Made by a program: the position numbers and the translations under genes. 64,000 bases of DNA from Klebsormidium nitens (Eukaryota > Plantae > Klebsormidiophyceae), in contig DF237385.1 in NCBI GenBank assembly GCA_000708835.1, positions 15,126-79,125 on the forward strand. The letters run 5' to 3'. Shown piece after piece: positions 11,602 to 24,855 of this stretch (its first letter is position 1; every line of letters starts with the position of its first letter). A model generated the notes under the pieces. It was not told the DNA's origin, did not search any database, and was given only the letters and a program-made list of their open reading frames with translations.

Positions 11602-12541
11602 CACTGGAACCGTAAGTGCTCACTTTAGTGAGCACCTATTGAAAGTCACCGCTTTTTATGGTCAATGTATATGATGGAAAGTTTTCAAGGCATAGGTGGA
11701 CTTATGTACCTATAAGGGACCCAAGACACCAAAAATGTGGAAGATCCGCGCAATTTCCGGAACCATTTATCCTATAAACTTCCCTATTCCTGAAACAGTG
11801 TTAAAGAGCAAAGCAAGACAATTGTGACTAGGTAAACAGACTTTTCTTGACATTTTTTGACGTTTGTGTGTCAAAGGCACCCTAAAGACCCTAGAAATCC
11901 ACTTTTGCAAAACTTCAACATGTTCGGGGGATCTTGGATGCATGCAAAACCACCAGTTTTACTCAGGTCAAATATGCTGGTTAGTAGCTGCTACTTTATG
12001 TGGGTTATTCAAAGAGTTTGGGTATGGAAACTTGGTAGGAGCCAAACCAACCCCCAAGAACCATCAGGCTACGCTGTCCAACTCAATTCCTCACAATTTG
12101 CGTACCCAAGTCCCTAAGTTTCAAAAGGGTCAGAATTGACAAATGGGGTTTGTAGATCTTGGGTTAACAACTTAACCTAACCCGTTGAGGGGGTAGTCAG
12201 GACCCATAGGGTCTGGGTTGACCATGTACCAAGTGGGTTTGAGAAATTTCTTTATATGACCCCCCGAAACATCAAAACCACAAGTGCTCACTTTAGTGAG
12301 CACTTAATTCTCCTGGTAAAAATGACACTATATTTGTCCAACTAATCTTCTATATTGACTTCACAATTGAAGGTCGTTTTTGATTTTCTTCAGTTTCAAG
12401 GGCGCTTTTAGTATAAAACATGATGTTTTGCAATGCCATAACTTGTTTTGCATCAAAAAGTCAAAAAACCAACACAGAAATGACGTCCGAAGCTTGAATG
12501 CAGATGCTCACTAAAGTGAGCATTTACTTACGGTTCTAGTG
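11602..12541. mobile_element. Non-autonomous DNA transposon (940 bp) with ~35 bp TIRs, TTAA on both flanks and CACT(G/A) termini
   Basis: Left end ttaa|cactggaaccgtaagtgctcactttagtgagcac; right end atgctcactaaagtgagcatttacttacggttctagtg|ttaa. TTAA at 11598-11601 and 12542-12545. AT-rich interior with no credible ORF. Confidence 0.8.
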
Positions 12542-14657
12542 TTAAATAGACAGCTCAGACTCGGAGCTCATGTGCATTGGAGTTTTGGCATCTCATCCGC
12601 CTCAACGTTCACACTCCAACTGAGTTACTTCCATTCAGGTTCTTCTCCTTTATTATGTTGCATTGCAGCAATCTTACAGCGTATAGAAGCGCCAAAAATT
12701 CTACCTGTTTCGCCAGGGACTAAAGCCTGATCTGCGGGGGTCTTTTGTGGCTACTTGGGGGGGTGGAGGCTGAAGATTACAGTGGGGTCTTCAGGTCTCT
12801 GACAGAGCATTGTGCTATCAGAAGCAGTGGGTAGAATCTGTCCGCTCAGGCTAGAAAGCAATGTCACAAGCATGGGACTCAGCAACGAGGCGCCTGGACT
12901 GCTCTGGTAAGCTTGATTGTGACGACAGTGAACCTTTCTATTTGCTGATGGAACCTTACCTCCAAACTCAATCTGGCCTGCTGGAAGTGATAGCGTGGGT
13001 CACCATGATGGAAATCCTCATGCAGCAAAGACAATGAGTTGACTGCGCATCCAGGAAGCTGCAAAAGATGTTATATACTTGACGTTTCAAAAGCTTGGCG
13101 TTAGGCCTTAACTTCAACCCAATTGAAGCATGCGCATCCGTTGTTTGATCTTACTCCCTAAGTTTGAAAATCTGAGAGCCAGCAGATTGCCCTATCAGGT
13201 CTACGCGTATTCCTTGCTGTGTGCCGCTCACCTCGTGTACTCCTCTGACGGCCGTAGCCACTTGAACATGGTCACGTCTTGTTTGTACGTCGCATCAGAT
13301 TCTCGATCTGCATTCAGCCTGCTTTGTGAAGTGCGACAAACCTCTTGCACAAATTTTGAGTCAACGGAAAGAGGATTTGCAGCTTTCCATGCGTGTCGAG
13401 CACCATAGCTTACTGATTGTTGCAGGCAGACCATCTGGCCCCCTGTCTGGCCTAAGCAGACAACACAACACCAATTCCTAAGGCCCCTGACGACTCTTCT
13501 TCTGCAGATCGCTTTGACGACGGGCTTTCTGCAAGGAGATTCCATCCTCGAGACAAGAAAGCAGCCAAGCCATCTGCGGTCGCAAGTACTCTAGCTCTAG
13601 GGTGCAACTCGTCTAAAAAACATCATGGTTGCGAACATGCAAGAGGTGGGTACATCCTTGCCCTGATGCTAGATTTTTCTCAAGCACCAGAACACGTCTC
13701 CATAAAATCAAACCCGTTTCAGTCAATCAGTCCTCGTTTTGATAGAGACCAAGGTTCCCGCAGTGGCTTGAGAAACATCTGCGACCCCACGGGCCATGGC
13801 AGGATCAAACCTGCACACTGCTGGTTGGTCTCACTTAAAAACTTGCCGCTGGTATGCAGAGCGAGAGGGAAATCATGCAGGTTCTGAAAGAAAATGAACA
13901 ATCAGAGACAATCATATTGGCACCCAATGGTTGCTCCAAATACTTCAGCCTTTCGGTGATAATCACTTTCTGTCGCTGACCAAGTACACCACATGTTTTT
14001 CTAAAGTTGGCGGCTTGTCTAGATTTGAAGATGGCATCGAGATGGCGGTTTCCAGAACCAAACACTGTTGAAAGTAGCGCGCATCCCAATCCTGTGCCAA
14101 ACGTTACCTCTATGTACAAAAGTGAAAGCTTTCTTCCCAAGCTCGTTGGAAGTTGAGCCTCCCAGGAAGGCCGTTTGGCAGCGCTAAAGCGCGATCAGTG
14201 TGGTTTTTCAGAGCGGTACTGATGCAGATGACTTTTTCCCCTCCTTTTTCTGGTATGTAGGCCATGGTGAGCCGTTGCAGCTGCTCAGGAACATAAACTC
14301 ATCATATACATTTACACTTCGTAAGATCAGACAGAAGGTGTTCTGATTGACTGTTGCTTCTTCCTTGCCTGCAAGTTCGTACTTTCCCTTCGGCGTTACA
14401 CCTTGAGACGCTGAGACGATCTGGAAGGGCGCATCTCTTCCTTATGCAAGTCTTCCCTTCTCTAAATTCGATTATCAATATTTCTTGCATTCTATCAGTG
14501 GCACTATCTGCACCTATCAAAGTGGTAGCTAATGATCTGCCCAGCAGGACTCCCCAGCAGTCCTTGTCAGCATGTTCCGAGCACACTTTCAACCAGAGAA
14601 GCTTTTCGTCTTGCCATTGGCGCATATGCTCATCCCGTCTCCTTGTCTCTATTCCAG

Positions 14658-17600
14658 GGTCGCCTCCAAACGTTCGTGAACCTGTACTGCAACCTCCTCG
14701 AGACCGGTCAGGTCGCCAAAGCGCTGAAGGAGCTCACCCCCGTCGTAACCAAAGCGGCAGAAAGCGCTCGCAGCTGCGGCGCGACGATCTCGAAGCCGTC
14801 GAGAGAGTACAAACGGGTACGCGCGCGCTGGACCTCTTCTTTGACCGCGCGTTGGGGCTCACCAGGGAAGGGAACAAGACGGACTTGCTTCTGCTTTCGG
14901 GTAATCTGCACAACCTGCGGCTTATGTCGCTCTGCCCAGAGTTTGCCGCACTTTTAGCAAAAGCCGGGGTCCTCACAAAGCTGAGGCCGCTTCTGCTGCA
15001 CACTGTCGAGTGGCTGAAAACGGACAGCATCCTAGACCCCAGGAAAGAAGCGGAGCGAATGGTCGCGGGGGAGGCGTTGCGAGTCGCCGCGACAGCTGTC
15101 AACGACGACGACGAAGACGCGCTGGCGGTCGTTAACGAGAGCGGGCTTTTTTCTCGACTCCNNNNNNNNNNNNNNNNNNNNNNNNNNNNNNNNNNNNNNN
15201 NNNNNNNNNNNNNNNNNNNNNNNNNNNNNNNNNNNNNNNNNNNNNNNNNNNNNNNNNNNNNNNNNNNNNNNNNNNNNNNNNNNNNNNNNNNNNNNNNNNN
15301 NNNNNNNNNNNNNNNNNNNNNNNNNNNNNNNNNNNNNNNNNNNNNNNNNNNNNNNNNNNNNNNNNNNNNNNNNNNNNNNNNNNNNNNNNNNNNNNNNNNN
15401 NNNNNNNNNNNNNNNNNNNNNNNNNNNNNNNNNNNNNNNNNNNNNNNNNNNNNNNNNNNNNNNNNNNNNNNNNNNNNNNNNNNNNNNNNNNNNNNNNNNN
15501 NNNNNNNNNNNNNNNNNNNNNNNNNNNNNNNNNNNNNNNNNNNNNNNNNNNNNNNNNNNNNNNNNNNNNNNNNNNNNNNNNNNNNNNNNNNNNNNNNNNN
15601 NNNNNNNNNNNNNNNNNNNNNNNNNNNNNNNNNNNNNNNNNNNNNNNNNNNNNNNNNNNNNNNNNNNNNNNNNNNNNNNNNNNNNNNNNNNNNNNNNNNN
15701 NNNNNNNNNNNNNNNNNNNNNNNNNNNNNNNNNNNNNNNNTTTTCTCGACTCCGAGCGCACCTGCCCTGGCGCAAGCAAGTCCGGCTGAAGCCCGAGGCG
15801 GCGAACGACCTCTCCGTGATCCTCCTGGCGGCCGCGGACTTCGCGTGCATCTCCTTTGCGGCGGAACGGAAGGAGAAAGTCACGGCGATCGGGTGGTGTT
15901 TCGACAATGACGTCTTTGGCTGGATACAGGGCATGGTCCGATGGGCTGCCACAGCTGCGGACGGCAACGCTAAAGCACGGGCCCCGCTTGACGCGTTCGT
16001 GGGGCACGAATTTTCGCTGCTAGGATCGTTCCTGGGTACCGCTTCGCTGGCGAACCGGCTGCTCGACAAGCTGGCGCCCGCGCGCGCTCTCGCGGAGAGG
16101 CTGGTCGCCGACGTGAGCCGTGACGTCAGCGAGGCTGGGGCGTTCCTCACGTGCGTGGCGCAAGCAGAGGCGCTCCGCCGGGCTGCGGCGGTGCCGCGGT
16201 GGCCCGTCAACGCGCGCCTCCGGATCCACTCACTAGGCGGTGGGGAGGCTTCTGAAGCGGAGGAGGGAGCGAATGGGCGCATGCCAGCTCAGCAGCTGGT
16301 CGACACGAGGGATCCCTCGGGGATCATCGGAGTAAACGGTGACATCATGGGCATCGGTCAGAAAGACAAGCAGAGCGCGGCGGAGTTGGACTGGTCCCGT
16401 ATCGTGCGGGAACTAGAGTCGGGAGACGAAGACGTAATGCGCGAGTTGCTGCCCAGGTTGACCGGCTTCTTCGTCGCGTTGCCGTCGCGGGGGGCCCATT
16501 TAACCTCGTCAGAGGTTACCCCGAGGGCATGGGCCGAGAGCTTGTTAGCACTGCTGGAGGGCGGGAAGTGCTCGGGGCTTTGGCAGGAGCCCGGGGCGCT
16601 GGGCAGCTTTCTGCTTGTTCTCCACATGGCGTTCCGTCAGCCGGTGACGTGGGCACCCCGGAGCGGAACAGCGGAGCAGGAACGGTGGGCGGTCGACATG
16701 GGGTCTCGGTTGATGGCGTGGGTGTACCCCAGAGTCGACCGCTTGTGTCTCCAGGCGCTGCTGATGTCATGCGACGCTCTGCGTGACGTTTTGAACGCAA
16801 CCTGGGCGGTCAAGCGTTTGCGGTGACCGACGGCCTTTACCTCGAGTTCGGGTTCGCCCTGTTCCGAGTGCTGGAAACCCTCGCGGCTTCCGCGCCGTTC
16901 GAAGTGAACAAGCTGCTCTGGTCCGCCGCTGACGAGTACATGACGGCGATGCTGACGTCACCCACGCAGGAGCCTCGCGGGCCCGAGGCGCCTCGGTTGA
17001 TGTCGTCCCTGGAGGTCGCCGTGCTAGACCGGGGAATCTTGGAGTGGGCAGTACGAGAGCGGCGACCCAGATGGCGCCAGAAGCGGACGCCCAAGCACGA
17101 GGCGCTGCTCGCCAGAATCTTCCAGGTGGCAGGACGTCACGAGCCGGGACGACAGAGATTCGGCACGTGCGAGGATGGCGTGGCGATTCTGCTCGGCGAG
17201 GCTCATTTCGCCGCCACAGGAGCGGTGACACTACACTCAGCCAAGTTGCACCGGGCCGCCACCGTATCTACGAGGGATCCCCCCGTTTGCAACCGGGACG
17301 TCGCCTCTTGCCTGGAGCGCTTGACCCGGCTGCTGGCGACGCTCGGAGATCTGACGGGTTACACGTCAGCAGAGCGCGCGCACGCTCGCTGGCGCGAGCT
17401 GTGCGCCGCGGACGGCCTCGTCCTGCTGAAGAAGGTGCTCGGGCAGCGACGCTGTTCCGGTCGCTTGGGGCGGAATACCTGGGGCCGGACGGAAGCGGGG
17501 CCTTGGGGGAGGCGCTGGACTGCGCGGAGCGCCTGTGGATGAAAGCGGCAGCCGACGGGGGACTCAAAAAGTGCGGCAGTCCGATGAGCGACTCGTGCCC

Positions 17601-18285
17601 TGCAAGTCAAACGTCGCTTCTCGCAAGTCATTCAGAAGGCTCGAGATCGACACGCCGAGGTAGGTCGCAAGTCGAACTTCGAGGGCTACCCGGCTTTGAT
17701 CCAGACAAACCAATCTTAAGGAGTTTCTCTCATACCCATATTCAGTCAAGATGTGGACAAATCATCTTCGCGGTCGCTTGCATGATTGCGTGAAGATCCC
17801 GAATATTGCAGGCCTTCTGTCGCCGGCTTGTTGGTTCTATAGTCCTTGGCAAGCAGCTCTTGAAGCGGCTCCTCGCGATTTACTCATCTTCAAAGAGCGC
17901 ACCGAAGGAGCTCCCCCACTTGCTGTCCATTAGCAGACGGCGAGTCTTCCTTTCAAGTGAGGCGTTGCTTGATATCAAGTTGCCTTAAGGAGCAAGTTTT
18001 AAACTCAGAATATCGAAGTTCGAATGTAGACCTTGGGTTTCACTTTTGAACTGACACCTATGGGACATCTCGACATAGACTATCAGTCTAGATCGATGAA
18101 AGTTCACCATCCCTCTTCCAATGTTTGCTTCTCTTCAGCAATGTACCGCAGTAGAAATCGTAAAAGGGGAATACAAGCGCTGTGGGCAGTGCAAAGGCGT
18201 AAGTTATTGCGGCGAACGGTGTCAAGCCGCCCACTGGCGTCAAGGGCATAAAGCGGTCTGTCAACTAAGCAGGATGACGATGTAG
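14658..18285 (+). pseudogene. Large helical protein with C-terminal MYND zinc finger; disrupted (pseudogene or assembly errors)
   Basis: GC-rich coding-like sequence 14658-17583 changes frame near 14770, 16800 and 17445. Terminal exon 18139-18285 encodes QCTAVEIVKGEYKRCGQCKGVSYCGERCQAAHWRQGHKAVC (zf-MYND), which completes the upstream KKCGSP. The expected donor reads atgagc, not gtgagc. Confidence 0.7.
15162..15740. other. Assembly gap (N run), probably spurious
   Basis: The same 13-mer ttttctcgactcc ends the left contig and starts the right one. Confidence 0.9.
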
Positions 18286-20273
18286 AGAAACACATCAAAT
18301 GATCTAGAGAGTCAAGGATTCAGTCCAGAAACCAGCAAGCCAGAGAGATCAGCGGGTCGTGAAGAAACTTGAACCCTTGATTCGTACCTCGATGATAAGA
18401 GTTCCGATATCTAAAGTGTTCTCTAGTGGAAACTTTAGGGCGCATATCAAATTCATGTGCACGTGATGCCTTACCTTATATTTCGCGGTTATAAATCAAT
18501 GTTCTCTGAATGTGAATGCGTTTATACATGAGGATGCATAATCGAGTGAAAGAGCCCGGCTCTTGCGCACATGTGAGCATGCAGGTGAGAGCCGGACGTA
18601 CCACGTCGATCGAAGTAACCACACAAGCTACCTATGGTGGGTCTCGACGGTATCGACCGCGCGACGGTCGGGTCTCAAATTTGTATGACCGGTGTCACGC
18701 GTCGCGACACATTTTGTACGCAGTACTAACGATCGTACTCGGCCGTACTAGAGAATCGGGTCCGAATTCATGAATCGAGCTTTTCCTGACACGTCGATCA
18801 AACGGGCAATTACGTACTACCCGGAGGTACGGTACCGTCGCGCGAGACTCGAGTCTGCGCGGCCGACAAATTTAAATTTCATGGTCTTGGTCGGAACTTC
18901 CGACTTGTACCGTGCACGAGTACCGCGGTACCCAGACTGAAAGAAGAGTGCAGAGATTTGATATAGGAGTGTAAGAGAAGGCGCTCTTCAAAATCCAACA
19001 ATGGCGGCCAACTTTGCGCCTCCTATGCTGCTATTTGAGATTTGTCCTGAACAAAACATGATGTTGGAGCTTCAAAGGACAGCTAATGACGGTCCCCCAA
19101 CATTTTTTTTAGCTTGTCAAAGGTTTCTGCATGTTGCATAAGCCGCATCTTAGTGTGGCATTTTCATGCTCCCGTCAAAGTGTAAAATAATACACTTGTT
19201 TACAACTTCATGACACTCACTTACGGCCGAGCAAAAATTCCTGAGTACTCGAACCGTACATGTTTCGGAAGTCCGACTCAGCGTAACGTGAACCGCCGGT
19301 ATCACTGACAGAATTTGATACCGGGTCCCACAATTTCGTTGCGGTTCGAGTCGGAGTCGACTCGGCCGGAACCCACCGTAGGTAGCTTGTGCATGGAAAT
19401 TAATGCAAATTAAAAACGGATTGGATCATGCACTGGCTTGATATATATGTGTCACACATATAATCATGTCCAGGCGGCCGCGGGCGCTGCCGATCGAATC
19501 GTGCGGCAATATCAAATGTATGTGTACGGTAAGCTGCAGTGATCGGGTACCTTATTGCAGCTTCGATGCTATTTAAATATAGGAGCTCATCGATGCAAGC
19601 TACCATGTGCTTTGCACGTGTACGGTAACTGAATCCACATACTATATGTTGACCCTTATGCATTTGATGGACTGGCACGACACTGAAACGGTCAACAACA
19701 TGCCGGCTAGTCTGCTCATATGCTTAAGTTTGGCCAACGACGGAAGAGGTCAAAGACAAAGTTTTGCATGCAGTGCGAAACTGACGAGTGCCTTGAGCAG
19801 AGCATTGGAAGGTGACCTATCGGACATGCAGCATTTCGATCCTTCGCTAGGGCCGAGGTTCGTTTAAAGGTAAGCCAAACCTCTCTTCTCGGTGTACCTT
19901 CATTGGAGACTCTCAAACCTCGAGCACTTAAGCCGAGAAGCTTCGACACAAAGGAAAGGCTTCCATAACTCGGTACACTTCCGTTCATAACCATGCAATC
20001 GTTTAAGGGCCAAGGTTCGCAAGTGAGTCAGCGAGGAAGCGCTCCCGATATGCAAATCAATTGCTAATCAAGAACCAACACAAATGAATGAAGCGCGTCA
20101 AGCAGCCAACCCATCGCTTTCTTGCAGTAACTGCATCACAAAAGAAGTGGATACGCTCAATTAGCGAGGGTAAGGGTTGTGAAAGGGTCAAGAGCATAAA
20201 ATCCACGTGAAACTAAGTTGCCCGAGGATAACTCCAGATGCAAGAAGACTCACGAGAGGCCATTTTGGCTTAC

Positions 20274-23200
20274 CTTCTGCGTAGCTTCAAAGCGTGCTCT
20301 CATCTTCTCAATGAAGTCTTTTGTGCCGCGATTTGCCTGCAAAAGGTCCAATGCCGATCCGGTTACAACGAAAGCATCTCGAGATATCGCCTCCAGTTGC
20401 AAGCAGCAATCGACTGCTCACACGTAGGACCTGAAAACAGTGGCAATCAAGCCTCAGACGACCCACTCCGATATCATTGTGAAGGGAAGAAAACAGTATG
20501 ACTGCAAAGAGTACAACACTCCGGAGACGGTTCGGAATGTACCTTTATTGGCGACGTTTCTACTGTCTTCGGGCCGTGCACTTGCGCTGGAGGAACACCT
20601 GCACCAAGAAGGCAACTTTCAGAAAGAATCGCAGAGAGCGGTTCGGATTACGAGCGACGTACTGAGGTCTCTTTCGACTACAATGCAGCCAACACAACGT
20701 GATAAAAGAATGTCGACACTTCGATAAAAGCGGCAGGGCCCAACGTTCACATCGTACATATATCTAACCACTTGACTGACGCGCGGCTTCCTGGATATTG
20801 ATCCGCTTTAAGCTCTCAGGTGCTACGAAGCGCCGAACTTCCCGTCGGAGCGACATTGCGTGGAACTGAGAAGTGGGTGTAACTTATCTTTGAGGCAGTT
20901 TACTAGCACGGCCCTGGTGATGTGACTGATTGAAAGCCGCTCTCAAAGCAAAATGAAATCTTGATTTTTAGGCAGACTCACTCTCCGTGTTGGTGACGTC
21001 ACGTATGCTCCTCTGTGGGATCACTGCAGCTGGCTGCCCCTGAGACGTGGCTCGCTTCGGCAGGGACGTCTGGCGGACGGGGCTGGCGCCTAAGAACCGT
21101 CCTACAATTTTCAGCGCAGTAGAGGGCGTCAGGATTAGGTCAGGATTACGAGTTTGATTACGTCCTGCGAGTTCAAGAGCAGTAGAGTGCGTCAGGATCA
21201 AGGGCGGAAGGAGAACGGGGGAGGCCCGCAGCGGTACATATGCTGCACTTCAGCTGTTTACGTGAAAGTTGCACCATCGGAGGCCCGCGGGATTGTCGTT
21301 TACATGATCTTGGAGCGTTCGATCGCCTCTTTAAACATGATCGGACGGTCCAAGATCATGTGAGGCAGATGTCAAACTCGTGCAAGGGTTGCAAGCTTCA
21401 CGCAAAAAGCTGCGATTGCATTCACGAAGGAAACCTTCTTTCTGTTCTCTTGGGTTCTTTGAGGTGCATAAGGTCGACCAGGAACGACGGTGGACACCAA
21501 CTTGAACCGGAAAGGGTCTGGGAGGCGGGTCGCAACCGCTGTAGAAAGCCGTGAATCGCATTTTGACACTTTGGCTCAGAGTTGTATTGAAACGCACCAG
21601 ACTCTAGACGCCTCGCCGTCTGAGACGTCCACCCATTTCTTTCCCGACGAAGTGGGGCGATCCACGAGCTGATTTAAGAAGGCGAAGTGGCCAAGAACCA
21701 AGAAAAGGACGGCCTCGCAACGCGACAACCAGTTTGGACAGTCCTAAGCAGGCTCGACCTCAGAATGACCGTAAAGACGGCCGTCTTGGGCATACCTGTG
21801 TACGACGTGCTTGCAGTTGACGGGCCTGCTCTTTGCGGCGAGGCGGCTGTTAACGCTCCTTTGCCCTGCAAAACACCACATGCCCGCTTCAGACCTTTTG
21901 AGATGCAAATGTCAAAGCAAAGCAACGTTTGTTAAGGCGCTCATCGAGATTGCGTCATTTCGGATATGACTTGAGCCTTCCTGCTCATTGCTTCCAAAGA
22001 AGCAGATGGCGGAAGAGCACAGCAAACGGATCGCCAACAAGCAAAGGCTTTTGATGTTGGAAGGTTCCGACGGAAATTCGTCTCTTTCAGAGGCAAAACG
22101 CAAGACCTCCAAGTGGACGAAAGGCGCTCTTCGGGATAGGGGGAATAAGGGTACTTTTTTGTCTTGTGCAGCTTCGAGGAAACGGATCCGGCCCTCGAGG
22201 AGCGTGATCCTTGCCTGCACAGCCAGAACATGTGCGGAGGCAAATGAGACAAATCTCGAGTTCCCGACCACTGTGCTGTTTGATTAGGGAGACTCTATCG
22301 GCCCGTACAGTAGACAGATACGCCGTCTTTTATCGAGTGGCTTCAATAGCCAACACTCATTTCAGCTTGTTGACCCCTCTATTCTAAGAAAAAACTGTCC
22401 TCATCTAGACCGTACGAAAGGCGCTTCCATCAGGCGGACCACTTTACAATGGTTGGAACCGCAACGCTACGGTCCGGTGTCAAAACCAGGACTCCAGTCT
22501 GCAAAGCTTAGCCAGGGGCTCGCAAAGTTTGGCAGGACCGGATCCGATACTAGGGTTCAGACAAACCGTGCCTCTCCGAATGCAAACGAAAGATCTTGAC
22601 TCGTCAATCTTTCGACGTCACAATCTGAACGGCAGCGCTGCGATTCTTGGTTGTCCCCCAGCCATTTCGTGGTTTTGCGGTCTGCCTGCCATCACCAACC
22701 GCTCACCTGCAGGTTCTCCTTCACCTTGACCGCCTCTTGCTCCATTTTGTCGTACTTCTCCTCCAACGAGCGTACAGTCGATCGCTGCAAGCAGGACGTT
22801 TTGAAACTTGATTAACGGGCGCACAAAACGGTGATCCTCCCCAGATTGGTTTCGAAGCGAGAAACTGCCGGGTCTGAAACCTTAAAAGTGAAATAAGCAA
22901 TTGGCTTGCCAAGAGAACTGATGTGTATTTTTAGTCTGTTTCGACGGCTTTCCAACAAGCAACCTGCGCTGGACATCCATCTCAACACAGATAGTATCCG
23001 AGATCATTGACAAACGCTTTCCAGCGCAGAACAGACAACATACTCCTCCGGCACGTTCAGGGGCGATACCTTCTCAACAGAAGCGGTAACTGTGGTTATC
23101 GACGAACACATATCCACCGCAGATTAGACGTACATACTCGTCCCGCACATTCAGGGGCAATCAAAGAGAGCCGTGCATCGCCGAAGTTCTCACCAGTTCC

Positions 23201-24855
23201 TCAACCTGCTCTTCGTTCTTTGCGGCGAACTCTTGCAAACGCCTGGACGAGAGCGGCCCATCCTCGTCGGACGAGAAGCTTGCCCTGCCGACGTCGTCCT
23301 GCAGTGGCATACGCATTGACCACATCAAACGCGAGCTTTTGATATTGGCTCATATTATACTCCCGTAACGAATCGAACAGGGTCGAAAGGAGAGTCGGCG
23401 ATCAGAGCCAACCGGCGCTTCTAGAAGAAGTTCGAGATTAGAGTTCGTTTGCAGCTGCTGAGCAATCCGTGCTTGAATGCAAACAATACGTTCCGACCTT
23501 GTTTCAGCGAGTCGTAAAGCCCACCTGCCCGAATCGACGCCCAGCATCGACCAGGTTTCCGGACGCGTCCAGCTGCCTCTGCAGAGCCGCGAGCAGCTGC
23601 TCCGGCTCCACTCCGCTCATCTCTTTCCTGTCCGCATCCCCGTCGCTAAAGTCATTTGCGTCCAAATTGTCAACCAAAGAATTCTCGCGGTCCGCCCACT
23701 GAACCCTCCGCTCGGACGGACCTCCGCTCTCCGCTATCCTCTCCGCTCTAGTTCGGTCGTCCTCTGGGAGGGGGGGCCGATCGGCCCCGCTGGCGACCCC
23801 CCCGGAATGGCGCAGGATCTCGCTCATGGGCCGGCTGGATGCATCAATCTGAACCCGGTTGACGTCAGCAAAGGAGGTCTGCGGTCTTGCGCTCGCGGCC
23901 TGAGGCATCGGTCGGTGATCGGAGGGAGTGGCGGTTTGCGGCCTTAGCATGGGGTTGTGGGGCCGGCTAGAGGAGGCGACGGCGGGGGGTGGATTATTAG
24001 TTGGGTGTGAGACTCTTCGCCGCTGCTTTTGGAGCGCCTGAGGGAGGGGGGGTGGCTCGGTGGGGCTCCGGAAGCGGGCGGCGAGAGCTGCGACCTGAAA
24101 CAAGGGAAAGCGCCTCTGGTTCGATTCCAGCAATTGACTTGACTTTGGGCATAACCTGGACCTGACCCGGTGATCGTAGAGGAAAGGGTAGGCTGCTGTC
24201 TCTCGGCTGTCGACTTTGTAGGCTCGTTCTGGCTGCAGGCATTTCGGCCGGAGAGCTTCAAACAACCTCATACGTTTCTGTGCCATACAGACGGGATCGA
24301 AGTTGCAGCGACGTTTGGAGGATAGCTAGGGGAAACGCACAGCGAAGCCAGGCAGTCTCTGAAAGAATCCTGCCAGCATCATTTCTGTTACGGATGAGCA
24401 GAAGGTCAAGACTACGAGGAATGCAGGCAGCTGCTTTCACCGACAGTGTCTACCTTGCTTGTAGTCCCAATGTCTGCGCCTGGCTCGGAGGTTCCATTCC
24501 TGGCGGTTGCATCTCGGCCCGAAGACGTTGCTTGGTTTGATGTCGAAGCAGGCTGGCGACACAGTTTGAGGGAGACGGTAAGCAGCAGTTCGTACTCGGC
24601 ACCAGCGAAAGGAGCACGCAACGGTTGTTCGGTGGTCCTCACGCAAAATCCTGCTGACTTTCGTGATAAGGACTTCCCAAAGAAGCAAGCGACCAACATT
24701 ACGCTCAGCAATGTCGGGATCTTGTGTCAGAATGTCTAACGATGAAATAGATTGCGATCACAGAAGCAGGTCGTCACACTCACTGGTGCAGGGGGGGTTT
24801 CTCGGACCACTCTCACGTTAGCCTCACGCTCCTCGGCAGGAGGAGTCTTGTGAAC
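20274..24855 (-). CDS. Hypothetical multi-exon protein (low-complexity and coiled-coil segments); ends not defined, may extend towards ~27 kb
   Basis: Several GT/AG-bounded open exons: 23525-24094 (190 codons), ~23200-23300 (DDVGRASFSSDEDG..), ~22735-22790 (RSTVRSLEEKYDKMEQEAVK), ~22155-22215 (ARITLLEGRIRFLEAAQDKK) and 20274-20336 (ANRGTKDFIEKMRARFEATQK). No family recognised. Confidence 0.45.

Noticed and set aside
12600-14600. Candidate upstream exons of the MYND gene
   Set aside because: Splice-like sites exist (for example near 13200 and 13510), but I could not build a supported in-frame chain.
14354-16282. Long ORFs of 518, 416 and 291 aa in the ORF track
   Set aside because: Their length comes from reading through the N gap; only the plus-strand flanks are coding.
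21110-21205. Short duplication gcagtagag(g/t)gcgtcaggat
   Set aside because: Two ~24 bp copies only, with no link to a splice site or element that I could establish.
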